64,000 nucleotides of DNA from contig NC_042998.1 in the NCBI RefSeq assembly GCF_006345805.1, positions 38,068,001 through 38,132,000 of the forward strand. Reading direction: 5' to 3'. Positions within the stretch are counted from its first letter, which is position 1; each line of letters opens with the position of its first letter. Of the stretch, positions 1-13,199 are shown one piece after another. Source of the DNA: Octopus sinensis (lineage: Eukaryota). Under the pieces are notes generated by a model. The model saw only the letters and a list, made by a program, of their open reading frames with translations. It was not told where the DNA came from and made no database searches. The position numbers were made by a program, and so were the translations under genes.

Positions 1-43
1 AAACAGACTGACAGATAGATTGACAGATAGATAGATAGACAGG

Positions 44-133
<90 letters not shown>

Positions 134-135
134 TT
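1..135. repeat. (GATA)n/(GACA)n microsatellite
   Basis: Direct tandem GATA repeats at the window start. Confidence 0.97.
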
Positions 136-386
136 GACTTGTTGCAGAATTCCTTAGAATCGAGGCACACCAACTCGTAAGGCACCAGAAATGGTTAGGC
201 ATAACATAAAGTGCACAATAAAGTAAAACAACCATGCAGGTATCATTTGTTGGTAGGATGCTGTAGATATGTAAATACCAAATACAATTTAATCCGCAGA
301 TCTGACTCAGGGCTGGTTCTAGATGTGGTGTAGGTATAACACCGAATACAAATAGGGTTTAAACTTGACGAAAGGTGTTTCGTTAG

Positions 387-437
387 AATTTTATTCATGT
401 ATTAGATTATATCATAGTGTAAATCTGCCATCTCCAG
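387..437 (+). CDS. Weak candidate internal exon of unidentified host gene (51 nt, phase 1-1; FYSCIRLYHSVNLPSP)
   Basis: gtttcgttag acceptor, CAG|gtaaaa donor, open frame, phase compatible with exon 6058-6134. No homology recognised. Confidence 0.25.
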
Positions 438-757
438 GTAAAAATTTAAATAGATATAAGCAGGTGAAATATCTTGATGATGACAAATCCAACCAATATT
501 TTTGTATAAGTGGAATTTTTGAAAAAGAACATTCGAATTTATAGCAAAATTAGAAAGAGTGGCTATAACGGGCATACAAGCGACAAAAAGATCAAAGGCT
601 TTATTATGTCACAATAGCTACCTTAATTAGTTTAGAGCCAAAACTGGTTATGCGGTCGTAAAAGAAACACAGACGTGACGTTAAAGACATTAAGGCCAGG
701 TAAATAGCTTGTCAGTTAAGTGAGATAAAATAAAGCAAATCTTCATTGTCAGCACAC

Positions 758-779
758 ACACAAAACACGCACACACACA

Positions 780-854
<75 letters not shown>

Positions 855-907
855 AAAAACGCGCGTGTGTGTGTGTAAATGTAAACACACGCAAGCGCAT
901 ATATGCA

Positions 908-946
<39 letters not shown>
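758..946. repeat. (CA)n and (TA)n microsatellites
   Basis: Direct tandem repeats; source of the [12 protein letters not shown] pseudo-ORFs. Confidence 0.95.
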
Positions 947-951
<5 letters not shown>

Positions 952-1481
952 TAGATAAATGGTACAACAAAGCACCAATATTTACTGGAAAATAGCAATC
1001 GTATTAAATACGACGCTATTGTATAGCTTCACTGCGTATATACTAGCAAAGACGCGTGTGTGCAACAAAAATGAAAAAAATTTGTCTTACCTCTAGGAAG
1101 AACATCTGATAAATGGACAACCTAGAATCGGATAATGCAGGACCGGTTTCTGACTCTTCAAATACTTTGAAAGAATTCGTATATAAATAAATCGCTTTTC
1201 TTCTCGCATGTCCGTTATAGCCGCTCCTTGTAATTTCTCAATAAATTCGAATATTATTCTTTACAATATTTCTTATCCAAAAACGGCGGTTGGATTCGTT
1301 GTCATTAAGATGTTTTCTCACCTATTTATGTCTGTTTAAATTTCCAACAGTATCCGAAAGAAGTATTCCAGCTACGAATAGAACTGTTAAGTATTGAGTA
1401 AAAGTATGATAAAAACAGACGAATAATCTATGACTGCGTCATTAAAATGCTACCGAAGCAGTTGTAATAAACTTTAAATGT

Positions 1482-1697
1482 ATCCTTTTCTACTCTTAGC
1501 TCAAGGCCCGAAATTTTGGCGGAGCGAGGCAGTCGATTAGATCGACCCCAATACGCAACTGGTACTTGATTTATTGACTCCGAAAGTATGAAAAACAGAG
1601 TCGACCTTGGCGGAATTTGAACTCAGAATGTAAAGACAAACGAAATACCTCTATGCATTTCGCCCGGCGTGCTAACATCTCTGCCAGTTCCTCGCCT
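1482..1697 (-). mobile_element. tRNA-derived SINE, family A
   Basis: Reverse complement begins aggcgaggaactggcagagatgttagc, has a B-box-like gagttcaaattcc, and matches copies at 6456, 43844 and 58262. Confidence 0.85.
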
Positions 1698-2149
1698 TTT
1701 TAAATGTATATATCGCTGTTTGTATGTGCATGAACTCTATATATGTGTGCGCATGCGTGTATGCGTATATGTGTTTTGTGCGAGAAAGAGATGGAGTGAG
1801 AGGGAGAAAGAATATAGAAAGAAAGAAAGAGAGAGAGGGGAAATAAATAATGATGTATGTTTGAAACTAAAAGTTCTTCCATTCGGAATAGTTTCAAAAT
1901 AGGTTCTATATATTTCTTAGACGTTTTATGTGGATGTAGGTGCCTGAAATTCAAAGACACAATTAGCTTGATTAGCTTGCTCATTATATATTGATATGTA
2001 CTGAGTAATTTCGAAATTATTAATAAACATGGTGTCTTGTAAAATTGATTTATCTCAGGTTTTCCTGCTAATACAAATCTTTGAGAGAATTCTTACTTTA
2101 TGTGTATTTTGAAATGAGATTTTCCGATCATACGTCTGTTAATTACACT

Positions 2150-2545
2150 TTTCTTCATACAAAGGCCTCAGGTATTGCCAGACACCGCACTGCTGAAGTT
2201 ACCAAGTTGAAAGTGTGCCAAGAAGTTCTGCGACCTACATTACTGTACGCCTGCGAGACTTGGACGAATTACGAACGCGACGCCAAAAAGTTAAACTGCT
2301 TCCATGTAAACTGAGAAAGCTGTTGATAATCACTCGGAAAACCGAAATCCCAGGCATGAAGTTCCACCTTCTAGCTGGTGTTCCAAGCATTTGCACACTG
2401 CTGAGAAGAGTGCAAATCAAGTAGCCGGGTGACTTTGTTCAAATGCCTGACTCTTGGAATGCGACTTTCTAGGAGACTGTTTTATAGCGAACTAGCGAAA
2501 GGCAGATGCACGCAAAGCGGACCGTTAAGCACTTCTGCGCTGAAG
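2150..2545 (+). mobile_element. RTE (BovB-like) LINE 3' coding remnant
   Basis: Frameshifted peptides TKLKVCQEVLRPTLLYACETWT..KKLNCFH, LRKLL and GVPSICTLLRRVQIK match the RTE post-RT C-terminal region. Confidence 0.8.
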
Positions 2546-2907
2546 CAGTAGGCACCTGTGGAACGACCAAACTTTGTTGCGTTAGTTTCCACATAGGAAA
2601 CCGTTATGGCCAGAAGAGTTTACCTTTCCACGTGGGATATTCATTAAAGCATTGCAAATTAGATCAATAGTGTGAGTAGCAATAACTATAGAAAAGTAAC
2701 TATTTTATTAGAATTAAAAAATATTTTGCCAAACAGTCCTCCTATAATGTTAGACTCACATTCCAATGTGATAGAAAAACATGAAAGCTTATTCAATAGA
2801 TGACGTTTTAGCAGAAACTTAGTGTGGTATTTATTTGTTCTTGTCTTTGGGGTGAAGCTATATTCAAGATAATTTTTATTAGCATTTATTTGATACATAC
2901 GTTAAAA

Positions 2908-3619
2908 CAGAGGTTCCCAAACTTTTTTCTCTGAGCCGAATTTTCGGAATGAAAATTTGCTCGCGCCTCGCCAACTCTCTTTTTTTTTTAGACGTTTACT
3001 TGGGCCTGCTTCTATTGTAGAATTTGGCGTGTCTTCTTCAATAGCCTGTTTATTCGACGAATCTGGATTGCCAAATGGAATCTGATCGCCCTCGTTATCA
3101 CGTCATGCTTTCGATCAGAGAAATATCTATCCGTGATCTGAAAGTATTCAGATATGACCCTGTGTTTAACCTTTTTTTTTCTTTTTCAACGACCGTAATG
3201 CCGGAAACGAAGACAGCAGCTAAGGGGAAGGAAAGTCCCGGTCCCGTGAAAGGCGGAAACATCGCTACGGCAGAGATGGTCGAAGGGAGATCACCGCGGA
3301 TTCGTAGTCAGACCATTATCATTGATAACTTTCTCCTCCAAAACGTGGATCCTTGTAACTATATTCTTAACACCTGATATAATGCAAAAACATCACGATG
3401 ATAGATTCGGTCAATAAATATTTATGATTACTTATACTGGGATTCTTGCATGAAAGTACAAGTAATCCATAACAATATTTTAAATTTAAAAATCATATTT
3501 ATTTTTAGTATATGAATTTTTGAAATTGTTTCTAAAATATTTGTCTTTCAATCATTTCGCCTTACCTTATTCTCTTCCGCCGCTCCTATGAGCCGCACTG
3601 CGCCGTTTAGGAACCATTG
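2908..3619 (-). mobile_element. Internally deleted hAT (Charlie-like) DNA transposon
   Basis: Imperfect 15-bp terminal inverted repeats CAGAGGTTCCCAAAC (2908) and GTTTAGGAACCATTG (3605-3619), with GC-rich subterminal segments. The 8-bp flanks match only 5/8. Confidence 0.55.
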
Positions 3620-4412
3620 GATAAAAATAAAGCACCAGCTCAGGACGCTGGCTTGATAGGATCTTTAGAGTATACAATAGAGACGGTACGTTGTCTCTTC
3701 TTAGATGGTAGATTTCAAATTGTCACAGTCTGTTTCACTACCAGGAGTTTGGATGCCTTTATTGCAAGCATACATTTTAGTTATCTGGTTTGAGAACATT
3801 TTACCTCCCCTTAACACGTGTCGAAAAGTCTGAACAATGAAAGGTTCGTTGGCGCTGATCTTCCGTTGTTTTCTAAATAAACTGAAGTCTTTACAAATGT
3901 GTTCCCCCTAAAAGTTTGATATGTACATCTACAACATTTGTGTCAAACAAATATCAACATTATTCTTCTTTAAATTCACGCATCAACTCAGCTACATTCT
4001 AGATTTTTGGACACATCTCCTCACAGTTCTGTTTCTTTGAATTTATTCCAAAAATTTGGCACCAAAAAGGGTATTCAATAATTCTTTCCTATAAATGCAT
4101 CGCCTGTATTCCATTAAGCTGTACCCTTTTCTTCTATAAACATTATACAGAACCTAATACAAAGCAATAAGCCTAAAGAACACATGACATTAAATCTCAT
4201 AACGAAATGTTTGTCATGTATTTAGACTCAGACACTTCATCACATACCTGTAAATTATAAGTATTTTCACAAATAAAACTTTGTTTCATAAAACAAAATC
4301 GAAATAAAATTTTTAGTTTGCTCTCTTTAAGGGGGAGATTAGATATAACAGGGATTCCCAAAAGCCATAAATTGACCGATTTTTCAGTCTAACACACACA
4401 CACACACACACT

Positions 4413-4447
<35 letters not shown>

Positions 4448-4449
4448 TT

Positions 4450-4631
4450 CAAAATGAGACTACATGTGGATCGTTGTCGATTTGTTTTCCTCCGTCTTCC
4501 TTTCCCTGTTTCTGAGGAGGAGATTCACTCGAAACGTAAAGCCACCTTTCTTTCCTTCCCTGAGCGTCTGCTACAACTTTGCACGTACCTCGTCCCTGCG
4601 TTGTTGCTTTTTTTCTTGTTATGTTTTTCTT

Positions 4632-4636
<5 letters not shown>
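4450..4636 (+). mobile_element. Short hammerhead-bearing element, probable PLE pseudo-LTR fragment, between (CA)/(TA) microsatellites
   Basis: Pyrimidine-rich ~190-bp unit containing the hammerhead core, flanked by simple repeats; a related degenerate copy lies at ~7440-7580. Confidence 0.6.
4508..4542 (+). ncRNA. Minimal type-I hammerhead ribozyme
   Basis: Stem I gttt/aagc; core CTGAGGA (4512-4518); one extra G; stem II GAG-attca-CTC; GAAA (4531-4534); palindromic minimal stem III AC/GT; cleavage triplet GTA (4536-4538). Confidence 0.65.
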
Positions 4637-4698
<62 letters not shown>

Positions 4699-4766
4699 GA
4701 AATAGAGATAAAACCACTATTATGCAACTCAAACAGTGATAGACATAAACCAATACATGAATAACA

Positions 4767-4832
<66 letters not shown>

Positions 4833-4845
4833 ATATATATATATC
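4635..4845. repeat. (TA)n microsatellites
   Basis: Two direct TA tracts separated by ~80 bp. Confidence 0.95.
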
Positions 4846-5002
4846 TAGATCTCAAACAGTATAAAATGAATGATAAATATATAATATAATAAGTAAAAAC
4901 ACTACGTACGTTTTATAGTGTAAAATTTGATTTAATACTAAATTGAAATTTTCCCTGTAAGTTTGGTGTGATACTCCCTAATAGTATTATTATTATTATT
5001 AT

Positions 5003-5042
<40 letters not shown>

Positions 5043-6057
5043 TAAATTTCCTTATTGTTAATATTGACCAGAGCAATGGAGAAGATATTAATTACCTTAA
5101 CATTGAATTCAACAACCCATGGGAGAAATCGTGCTAATGGTTTCATAGCATTCTGTACACATACTATAAAGTTAGTTACTAAACCAGAAAATGGAACACA
5201 TACGAAGATCATCGTGATATATATATATTCCAGAAAATGCCGTATTCATTTAAGTTAAACTATTTCTCATCAATTCACTTGAGAATAATCCGAAATTGTG
5301 TTAAAACTTACTTGGATATATCTACAAATCGATTCAGCTTACTCATAACCTATAACTAAACTGATTGAATTATAGAGTTCCTGAATATTAATTCTGTTAC
5401 TCAAGATATTTTCACAGTGTCTAACTATATATATATGCATTTTAATGTCACAAGTTTTCTAATGGAATGAAAAAATTCAAACTGACGTTTCGGGAAATAT
5501 ATGTGAAATTTCCACAGATGGATACGTTCTGATATAACCAAACGTTCAATTCAAGAAAGTGCCTAGAAATATCAGAAATAAACAATTAGTTCCAAAAATG
5601 GTAAGCAGGAAGGATTTATGCTCACCTTGTTTTATATATACAGTCAACATATTTTACGTATTGAACAACGAAGTTCACTGTATATTTGATTTGCAATAAC
5701 TGGGACTATAATATTCATTAAAAGAAACGATATTCGAATCAATTTTGACAAACACGTAATAAATATTGTTATTTCTATTCTAGAAGAAGCATATATACAA
5801 AATCATTTCAATATTGGATACTACATCTTGCGGCATTCCTTCCACAATTTAAGTTGTGATTTCGAGACCCACTGCGTCCAACTTTGCCTTCCATCATTTT
5901 AGAATCGATAGAATAAAGTTACTTTAATGGCTCGAAGATATCAGCTAACAACATTTCTTGAAATTATTTGACTTGTACTAAATATAGAAACACTTCTTAC
6001 CACCTCAGAGCGTTTCCCCATGCTCCACACAGTAGGTCTCACATGCTTATCCTTCAG

Positions 6058-6134
6058 GTTTACACAGGTGGATATTAGCACAAGAAGAATTTCCTTCTAT
6101 CTTGAAATTATTTATGGAGGAACATTTAGTAGAA
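6058..6134 (+). CDS. Candidate internal exon of unidentified host gene (77 nt; LHRWILAQEEFPSILKLFMEEHLVE in phase 1-0)
   Basis: catgcttatccttcag acceptor, GAA|gtatga donor, open frame. A second frame (FTQVDISTRRISFYLEIIYGGTFSR) is also open, so the frame is uncertain. Confidence 0.45.
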
Positions 6135-6455
6135 GTATGAAGACCTATGTACAAGCACTTAAGATTTTGTTGAATCATGTTGAAATCGTGTTGTAGTCAT
6201 TGACATCGGCCATACAAATACGAAAGCAGGGAAATTGGTGCAGTCTCTATAAATAGATTTAATTCAAGTGATTCTGTGTCAAATAGATTATGGTTATTCT
6301 CGGCATTTCATTTAAACCAATGTATTCGCCACACACACACAGACACACACGCACACATACACACATATGTATATATGTGTGTGCGTGTATATATATATAT
6401 ATATATATATTTGTAAATATTATGTACATGTATGAATATATGTTTACACATAAAA

Positions 6456-6628
6456 AGGCGGCGAGCTGGCAGAGACGTTAGCACGCCGGGCAAATAGCGT
6501 AGCCTTGTTTCGTCTGCCGTTACGTTCTGAGTTCAAATTCCGCCGAATTCGACTTTGCCTTTCATCCTTTCGGGGTCGGTAAATTAAGTACCAGTTACGC
6601 ACTGGAGTCGATATAATCGACTTAATGA
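6456..6628 (+). mobile_element. tRNA-derived SINE, family A (3'-truncated)
   Basis: aggcggcgagctggcagagacgttagcacgccggg...gagttcaaattccgcc; high similarity to the other family A copies. Confidence 0.88.
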
Positions 6629-6707
6629 AAGAGAAATGGAAAGAAAGAGAAAGAGGAAGAGCGAGAAAGATAAAGAAAGAGAAAGGAGAGAAATAAAAGA
6701 CACAGGT

Positions 6708-6756
<49 letters not shown>

Positions 6757-6758
<2 letters not shown>

Positions 6759-7260
6759 TTGAGTTTCTTGTTCACCCTTATAGGGGGTGGGGCATTGCCT
6801 AGATGCACTTAAACTTGTAATCGAACCACGGCAATAAACTCCCGAAATGGCCGTAGATGTGTTTGACTTGATTTTCTGGAACTCTCTTTGCTCCTGGACT
6901 CCAACCTCCCATGGTTTTTATGAAATGAATTTTTTGGACGTACTCATTTGTTTGAAGGGTGTAAGAAATTTTTTTAGTCGATTGATATTTTATTTTATTT
7001 AGTTTTTTATTCTAATGACACGATTTAGTATTTTTAGTCGATTTTATTTACCTTTTTGATAGGCCGTTCTATATAGCTGTATTTTCATTTGCATATACAG
7101 TTTTTACCTTCTCTTTTTTTATATATGCATACTTTATATGTTTTTTTTTATATATGTATGCTTTATACGTTTAAGAGTCACGGTAATATTTATATAGGAT
7201 CAAATGTTTGGAGGTATGAAGTTATATATAAAGTCGTTCATTCGAATTTAATGTTTGTAC
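6757..7260 (-). mobile_element. Possible 5' ORF remnant of a Penelope-like element
   Basis: Minus-strand peptides VQKIHFIKTMGGW and YGHF..PHPL loosely resemble the RT N-terminus of the 54.6-56.6 kb element; heavily degenerate. Confidence 0.25.
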
Positions 7261-7273
7261 TACGATCAATGTT

Positions 7274-7306
<33 letters not shown>

Positions 7307-7639
7307 GTGGTGCGTGCGGGTGTACATACTTACTTACTTAGAAGGTGAGCAAAGGTGTACGTACGCCGCTATATGTATATATAAATATAAAAAATGGAAC
7401 ACGAATGTAACAAGAACCACAAAAAGACAGTCAGGAAACTTGGCTGAGAAGAGAATGCTGCGAATGACCCGTCCTCGTTTTTTACCTGTCCGTGCTTTAG
7501 CTGTTTTTTCCTGAATCGTCTATCTGTCCGGATGTTTTATTGTCGACTGTTGCATTCTTGTTTCAGTTTTTTTATTTATATATATATGTGGGGGGGGGTA
7601 ATGAATAATAAGGCTAATTACCTTTACAGATAACGATAT

Positions 7640-7750
7640 GTGTGTGTGTGTGTATGTGCGTGTGTGTGGTGCGTGTGTGTGTGCGTGTGTGTGTGCGTGT
7701 GTGTGTGCGTGTGTGTGTGCGTGTGTGTGTGCGTGTGTGTGTGCGTGTGT
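7640..7750. repeat. (GT)n/(GTGTGTGC)n microsatellite
   Basis: Direct tandem repeats. Confidence 0.93.
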
Positions 7751-8145
7751 AGGGGTATGGAGGGTGTAAAGCTCAACATACAGATATGCACTAAACTTTG
7801 CGCCAAATACTTGCACATAGACACACATGTGCAACTGCAGTTGATGTTGAAATTAAAAAGAAGTGGTCTTGAGTTATCGTTAAAAACCGGTTTTTTTATT
7901 CATTGACTTCTACCTTAGTAAGAAGCCTAAATGACTGATATAAATGTGTAAATTCGTGCGTTCGTTCGGAATAAATTCGATTACTTCTTGCTAGCAAATT
8001 CTTCTGAAACCAGAAATATGTCTCGGGTATGGAAGTCCATTTCCACATGGTGCGCTATTAATGGATTACGTTTCATCAAGCAGATATGTGTAGCTGGGTT
8101 TGTGTACATATGTGTGCATATGTATTTGTGTGTATTAGTGTGTGA

Positions 8146-8299
<154 letters not shown>

Positions 8300-10795
8300 T
8301 TATATGTATATTCTTCTCACATTTGTTATCAAATTTGCCATTGGCAAATATTATTCTCTCAGTTACCTTTGGATTAGCTTTAATTTGAAGTTCACCAACG
8401 ATAAATATGCGGAAACAACTTTATGTTCGATAAGTTAAAAAGAAAAGAAAAAAAAAGAATACAATTAGAGATATGCATTATTTTGTATTTAAAGCCGTGT
8501 GTTTTATCATAAAATACTAAGATTATTTCTCCTCTACTTCGGTGTATTTTTGTCCTATATTCAAGAAGTTAGTAGTCTCAGAAGATATGAAATCAATTCT
8601 GCTGAAGCTTGGACAAATATCATGAAGAAAGATTAAAAATATAAATATTGATACAAACATAAAAGGATATGGTGAAATATCTACGAACAGGTTGCTTATC
8701 TAAATATGAGGACCGTTTCTATTCCCGTTAGATTTTTACCGTTTTATTCTCTCTCTCTCTCTATCTATCTATCTCTCTTTTATTTCTTTTTGGTCAGGTA
8801 TAATTCGAAACTAATCTCAACAATCAATGTTATATATTTAGATTATTATATGTCTTTGCGAACAAATGTGTTTATTATTTCTTGTTGGTGTCATTATCAG
8901 GAGCATGAGTGCTGCGTTCTTTCTCGTTTCTTGTTGGTGTCGATCTGGCGATTAAATGATACAATTTTCTTTTACTTCCTTTTCACAAAAGAGAAATGTA
9001 AGAAAAATAATGCGTGTGTGTAGTATGTGTGTATACAAGAGAAGCTTCTATCTCCAACAACAACAACAACAATACAAAGTCAAACAGTAATAAAATATTC
9101 CATAATATAATAGCAAAAAAAAAGCAATTTGTACAAATGTAATGTAATTTGTGTATCTTTGTTAGTTTACTATTCTTATTATTTAATCTATTATCATGAA
9201 TACACAGCTAATCGATGCAATAGTAAAAATCGCACAATCTCTCTTACTCTAGGTTTATAATATGATAATAATAGAGAGAGATGTTCTGACGTATGAAAAA
9301 GAAAACGAAATGTCTCTTTATACAATTTTGCGTGAAGGCGTGTCTTTTAATGTGAGATGGTAAATTGAAGGATACGGCTGATAAGTAAATATTAAAAATA
9401 AATCGCGTGATAGTTCAGCTTATACTATTCGATTATATATTTCTGGTAAACAATTGCGCGATGCTAGAAATTCTAATAATCTCTAACCGGGATTTAAAAA
9501 GTTAATTAATAATATAGAGATATGAATGAACATTATTGATCTTCAGAATTTACCTTTATTATGCTTACTTAGAAATACCAATAAAGCTTATGTACGGACA
9601 AGAGTATGAAGAATATTTGTTAAAATCACAGTTTTCATTCAAATATATATTTTATCGCACATTTAATATAAAGGACGTTTGCGTAAATCCTACAAGTCAC
9701 GACCCTACAATTTACCTTTTGGTCTTTAGTCTTTTCGGCCAGGTCTCAATTGTGATGGTACCGTAAACGGTGGCTATCAAGAAAGAAGACTTACTATGTT
9801 CTGTTGGCAACCGAGTCCACACTGCACACACTCTATGCCATTGCTCTCGAACCCTCTCAACAAACCAAAATGCACACGCCTATGGTAAGAAGGTTCGCGC
9901 TGACGTGGATGTCAATAGACAACAGCAGACTTGGGACCTGCAATCGCAGGGTGGAGGAGTGTATGTTACTATGCTTAAATTTTGGGTGGAAGGGTGGAAT
10001 ATGGGAGATAAGTCGGGTTTATATCGGTAAGGGAGGGTAGAGGTGTACGCAGTTCTAGGTTCATGAGTGAGGAAGGAAGGATCGCTCCATATAGGGAAGT
10101 ACCTGATCGAATTTGTATATCCATAACGGATATGGGGCGTTGCTGTAAAATTTGGCATTGCACTCGAATATATCAAAAGCGCCCTATTGTACAACCTAAC
10201 TGAAAGTTGTGATCGGTGAACGCAGATCAAAAACGTAACTTAATATACTTCATCTTTGAAAATGTTTTTCACATAGAGATGGTTCGAAGTGATGAAACTT
10301 ACCCCAAAGAAAGATATGTTGGTTTTCTTTCATTTCTTCGAAAGGCATTTATGAAAGTCAGTTTTCTTTATGTTTATGTCTTTTAGCATGCCATTTTGGG
10401 GATTGATTAAGATCAACAAACTTCCAAACGAAGATTTCATTGAAGTTTCTTGATAATGCATTTCAACGAATTTTTAAATAAGTGGAATTTTTTCGCATTT
10501 TCAGTGATATCTGAAAATTGCTATGGAAATTTTTCTTCAGAGAAAATGTCTTGAGCAAATTTAAATGAAAATAGAGAATTTGTTTCATGGATGAATTTAT
10601 CAAGATGGGAGCGGTTGATTTTATTTATCTTTAGCTGGGTTCAATTAGTTGAAGCTATTTATGATTATTCTAAAAGATTTCTTCGCATAATATATTAAAA
10701 AATAAACGCCCTATCGTCTTCTAATCAGTATAATAATTGTTGTGGATTTATGCGACTGCAACATAACTTTCGTTTTGGTTCATAACGAACCGACG

Positions 10796-10925
10796 CTCTC
10801 TCACTCTCTCTCTCTCACACTCTCTCACTCTCTCTCACTCTCTCTCACTCTCTCTTCCTCTCTCTCACTCTCTCTCTCTCTCTCTCTCACTCAATCTCTA
10901 TTTCTCTCTCTCTCTTTCTCTCTCT
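10796..10925. repeat. (CT)n/(CTCA) microsatellite
   Basis: Direct tandem repeats. Confidence 0.93.
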
Positions 10926-11039
10926 CGCTATATACACGCATATATTTCTTAACGAAAGATTTTAGGGACAAAAGTTTTCAGCTTTTGCCAAACAACCTGT
11001 ACAAAGGAGTTGCTTATAGTGATCAAATTTTCGTGCCAC

Positions 11040-11185
11040 GACATTAGCGCCCTCTCTCCATCACATCGACACTGCATGAACAGGTGCACGCTGTGGAAGT
11101 GATCGCAGAGCAAGGCGAGATGATGTGTTCTGCTCAAGAACACAATGCAGCACTCGGTCTAGGAATTGAACTCACGATTACTAGA
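11040..11185 (-). mobile_element. tRNA-derived SINE fragment, family E
   Basis: Reverse complement contains a B-box gagttcaattcc followed by tgtgttcttgagca, a typical SINE head/core. Confidence 0.6.
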
Positions 11186-12050
11186 CATGTTTACTTCTGC
11201 CAGTCATTGGTCTGTGGCTATGCTGGGGGTCGTCTTACAAGGTTTATTCGATGAAACCAAATCGATTCCAATTATAGCTTCCTCACTTGTCAATTGAGAA
11301 AAGTTAAGCCACGGGGACGTTTCAGACATTTCGAAGCCAAATTGAAGTTGCTCGGTGTTTTGTCAATTACTGAGAAATATCTTCTTCAGCGCGCTACTCC
11401 TTGAAGCTGGTTCTTCTGTCGCTTCAGAAGCAGCATTAATTACCCAAAGGAATAGAGAGCCATAAGTACATCTTGAGCCAGAACTAAGCAAAAACAACCA
11501 GTGAAACTCTTACGCATTATTGCTTAAGTGGCACCTGCTGTCGCCTCGTATGTTTTTAGCTTCCTTGGTCTCTTGTATTATTAGTTACATTTTAGATTTT
11601 TATTCATCTAGGGTATGCGTTTTTCCCTATTGCTACCATGCAGTAGTTAATGAATTCAGCAACAACAACAAATGGTCTCTTTCCAACTATATAATTCTGA
11701 AACTAGCTTTAGTTGCAGCTTCCTTATTAGCATTTATACTAATGTAAAAGAGGAAAAAAATGCTGTTTCAAGCTTTCACATTTCTCTGAGAGTATATTTC
11801 ATGTGAGACGACAATAGTGAAATAACTGCTTCGTTAGGTAATAGATTTGCATACAATATTCAATTAGCACGACTATAGTCACTCTGACAATTACGAACAA
11901 TAATTTGCCGTCGGTCCATCCTCCAATAATCTTTGATGACATGACATTAACGGCAGATTCTTGCCTTTAGTCTTATGCCATTATCACTGCATTGATACGC
12001 GCACGTGCTGTGTGCCTGTGTGCACATGTATATGTACGTGTGTGCGCGGG

Positions 12051-12055
<5 letters not shown>

Positions 12056-12127
<72 letters not shown>

Positions 12128-12468
12128 ACCTGTGTGTGTGTGTAAATATTTGAAGGCTTTAACTGTGAAGGCACACACAGCATATATAGTTTAATTAATA
12201 ACAAGCAGTGAAAACCTACATACGCTAATTAAGCTCCTCATTACAGTAGTTGGCTAATTTCTTTCAGCTATTATAAGACTGATGAATATTGTAGACCTGC
12301 GAAAAGCAGTCGACGAATCGTAAAACGAATCAATTAGAAGTCTTCCACAAGTTTTCTGCATTTCTAAAGTTTACGTACTTACCATCCCCCCCCACACACA
12401 CAGATAAAGATTCCACTTATCTTCGCTTGAATCTATTTCTAGTTGTATTAAATGCTGTTCCTCTGCAT

Positions 12469-12513
<45 letters not shown>

Positions 12514-12945
12514 TTTGGTAAAAGAAAATAATACTCAATAAAAAAAGGTACTCTGACGACTATTTCTCATGACATACAATGATTAATCTCTTACTGATCA
12601 CGATATATATATACATGCACACTCATAAACACACACACACACACACACATACACACATACACTCATACATACATACATACATACATACATACATACACAC
12701 ATACATACATGCACACACGTACATACATATATACATGCACACACATACATACATACACACATACATACACACTTACATACACACATACATACATGCACAA
12801 TATATACACATACATACATGCACACACATACATACATATATACATGCACACACACACATACACACATACATGCATACACACATACATACATAAAACACAT
12901 ACATACACACACATACACACATACAAAGAAACATACACACATATA
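12056..12945. repeat. (GT)n tracts and long compound (CATA)/(CA) microsatellite
   Basis: Direct tandem repeats at 12056-12122, 12470-12507 and 12605-12945. Confidence 0.9.
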
Positions 12946-13199
12946 TGGAAATGCATATGGAGAGAAGAAGTTGAACATTCACTGGGATATGTTTCTGTGT
13001 GAATAAGTGTTGGTGAATGTAATTTGTTGAAGTATATTCAATCTTGGTTTGTATTTTTGTATGAATTTATATTCTTTGTTTGCCCTTGCTTCGTCTCTGG
13101 TATGGACTGAACACAGTTAAAGTGGGAAGACTTTGAATTTGGGAGACTTACATTTCGCCCATGTCTATGTTCCCAATCAGTGGAATCTGTCGAGTACCG

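Noticed and set aside
1090-5349. Minus-strand small exon candidates (around 1091-1121 and 5312-5349)
   Set aside because: Splice signals are present but the phases are incompatible and there is no supporting chain; within chance expectation.
11520-11747. ORF ending in a hydrophobic, GPI-signal-like tail
   Set aside because: No convincing splice context or homology.
12276-12315. CTGATGA...GAAA pair
   Set aside because: No valid stem II or stem III; expected by chance.
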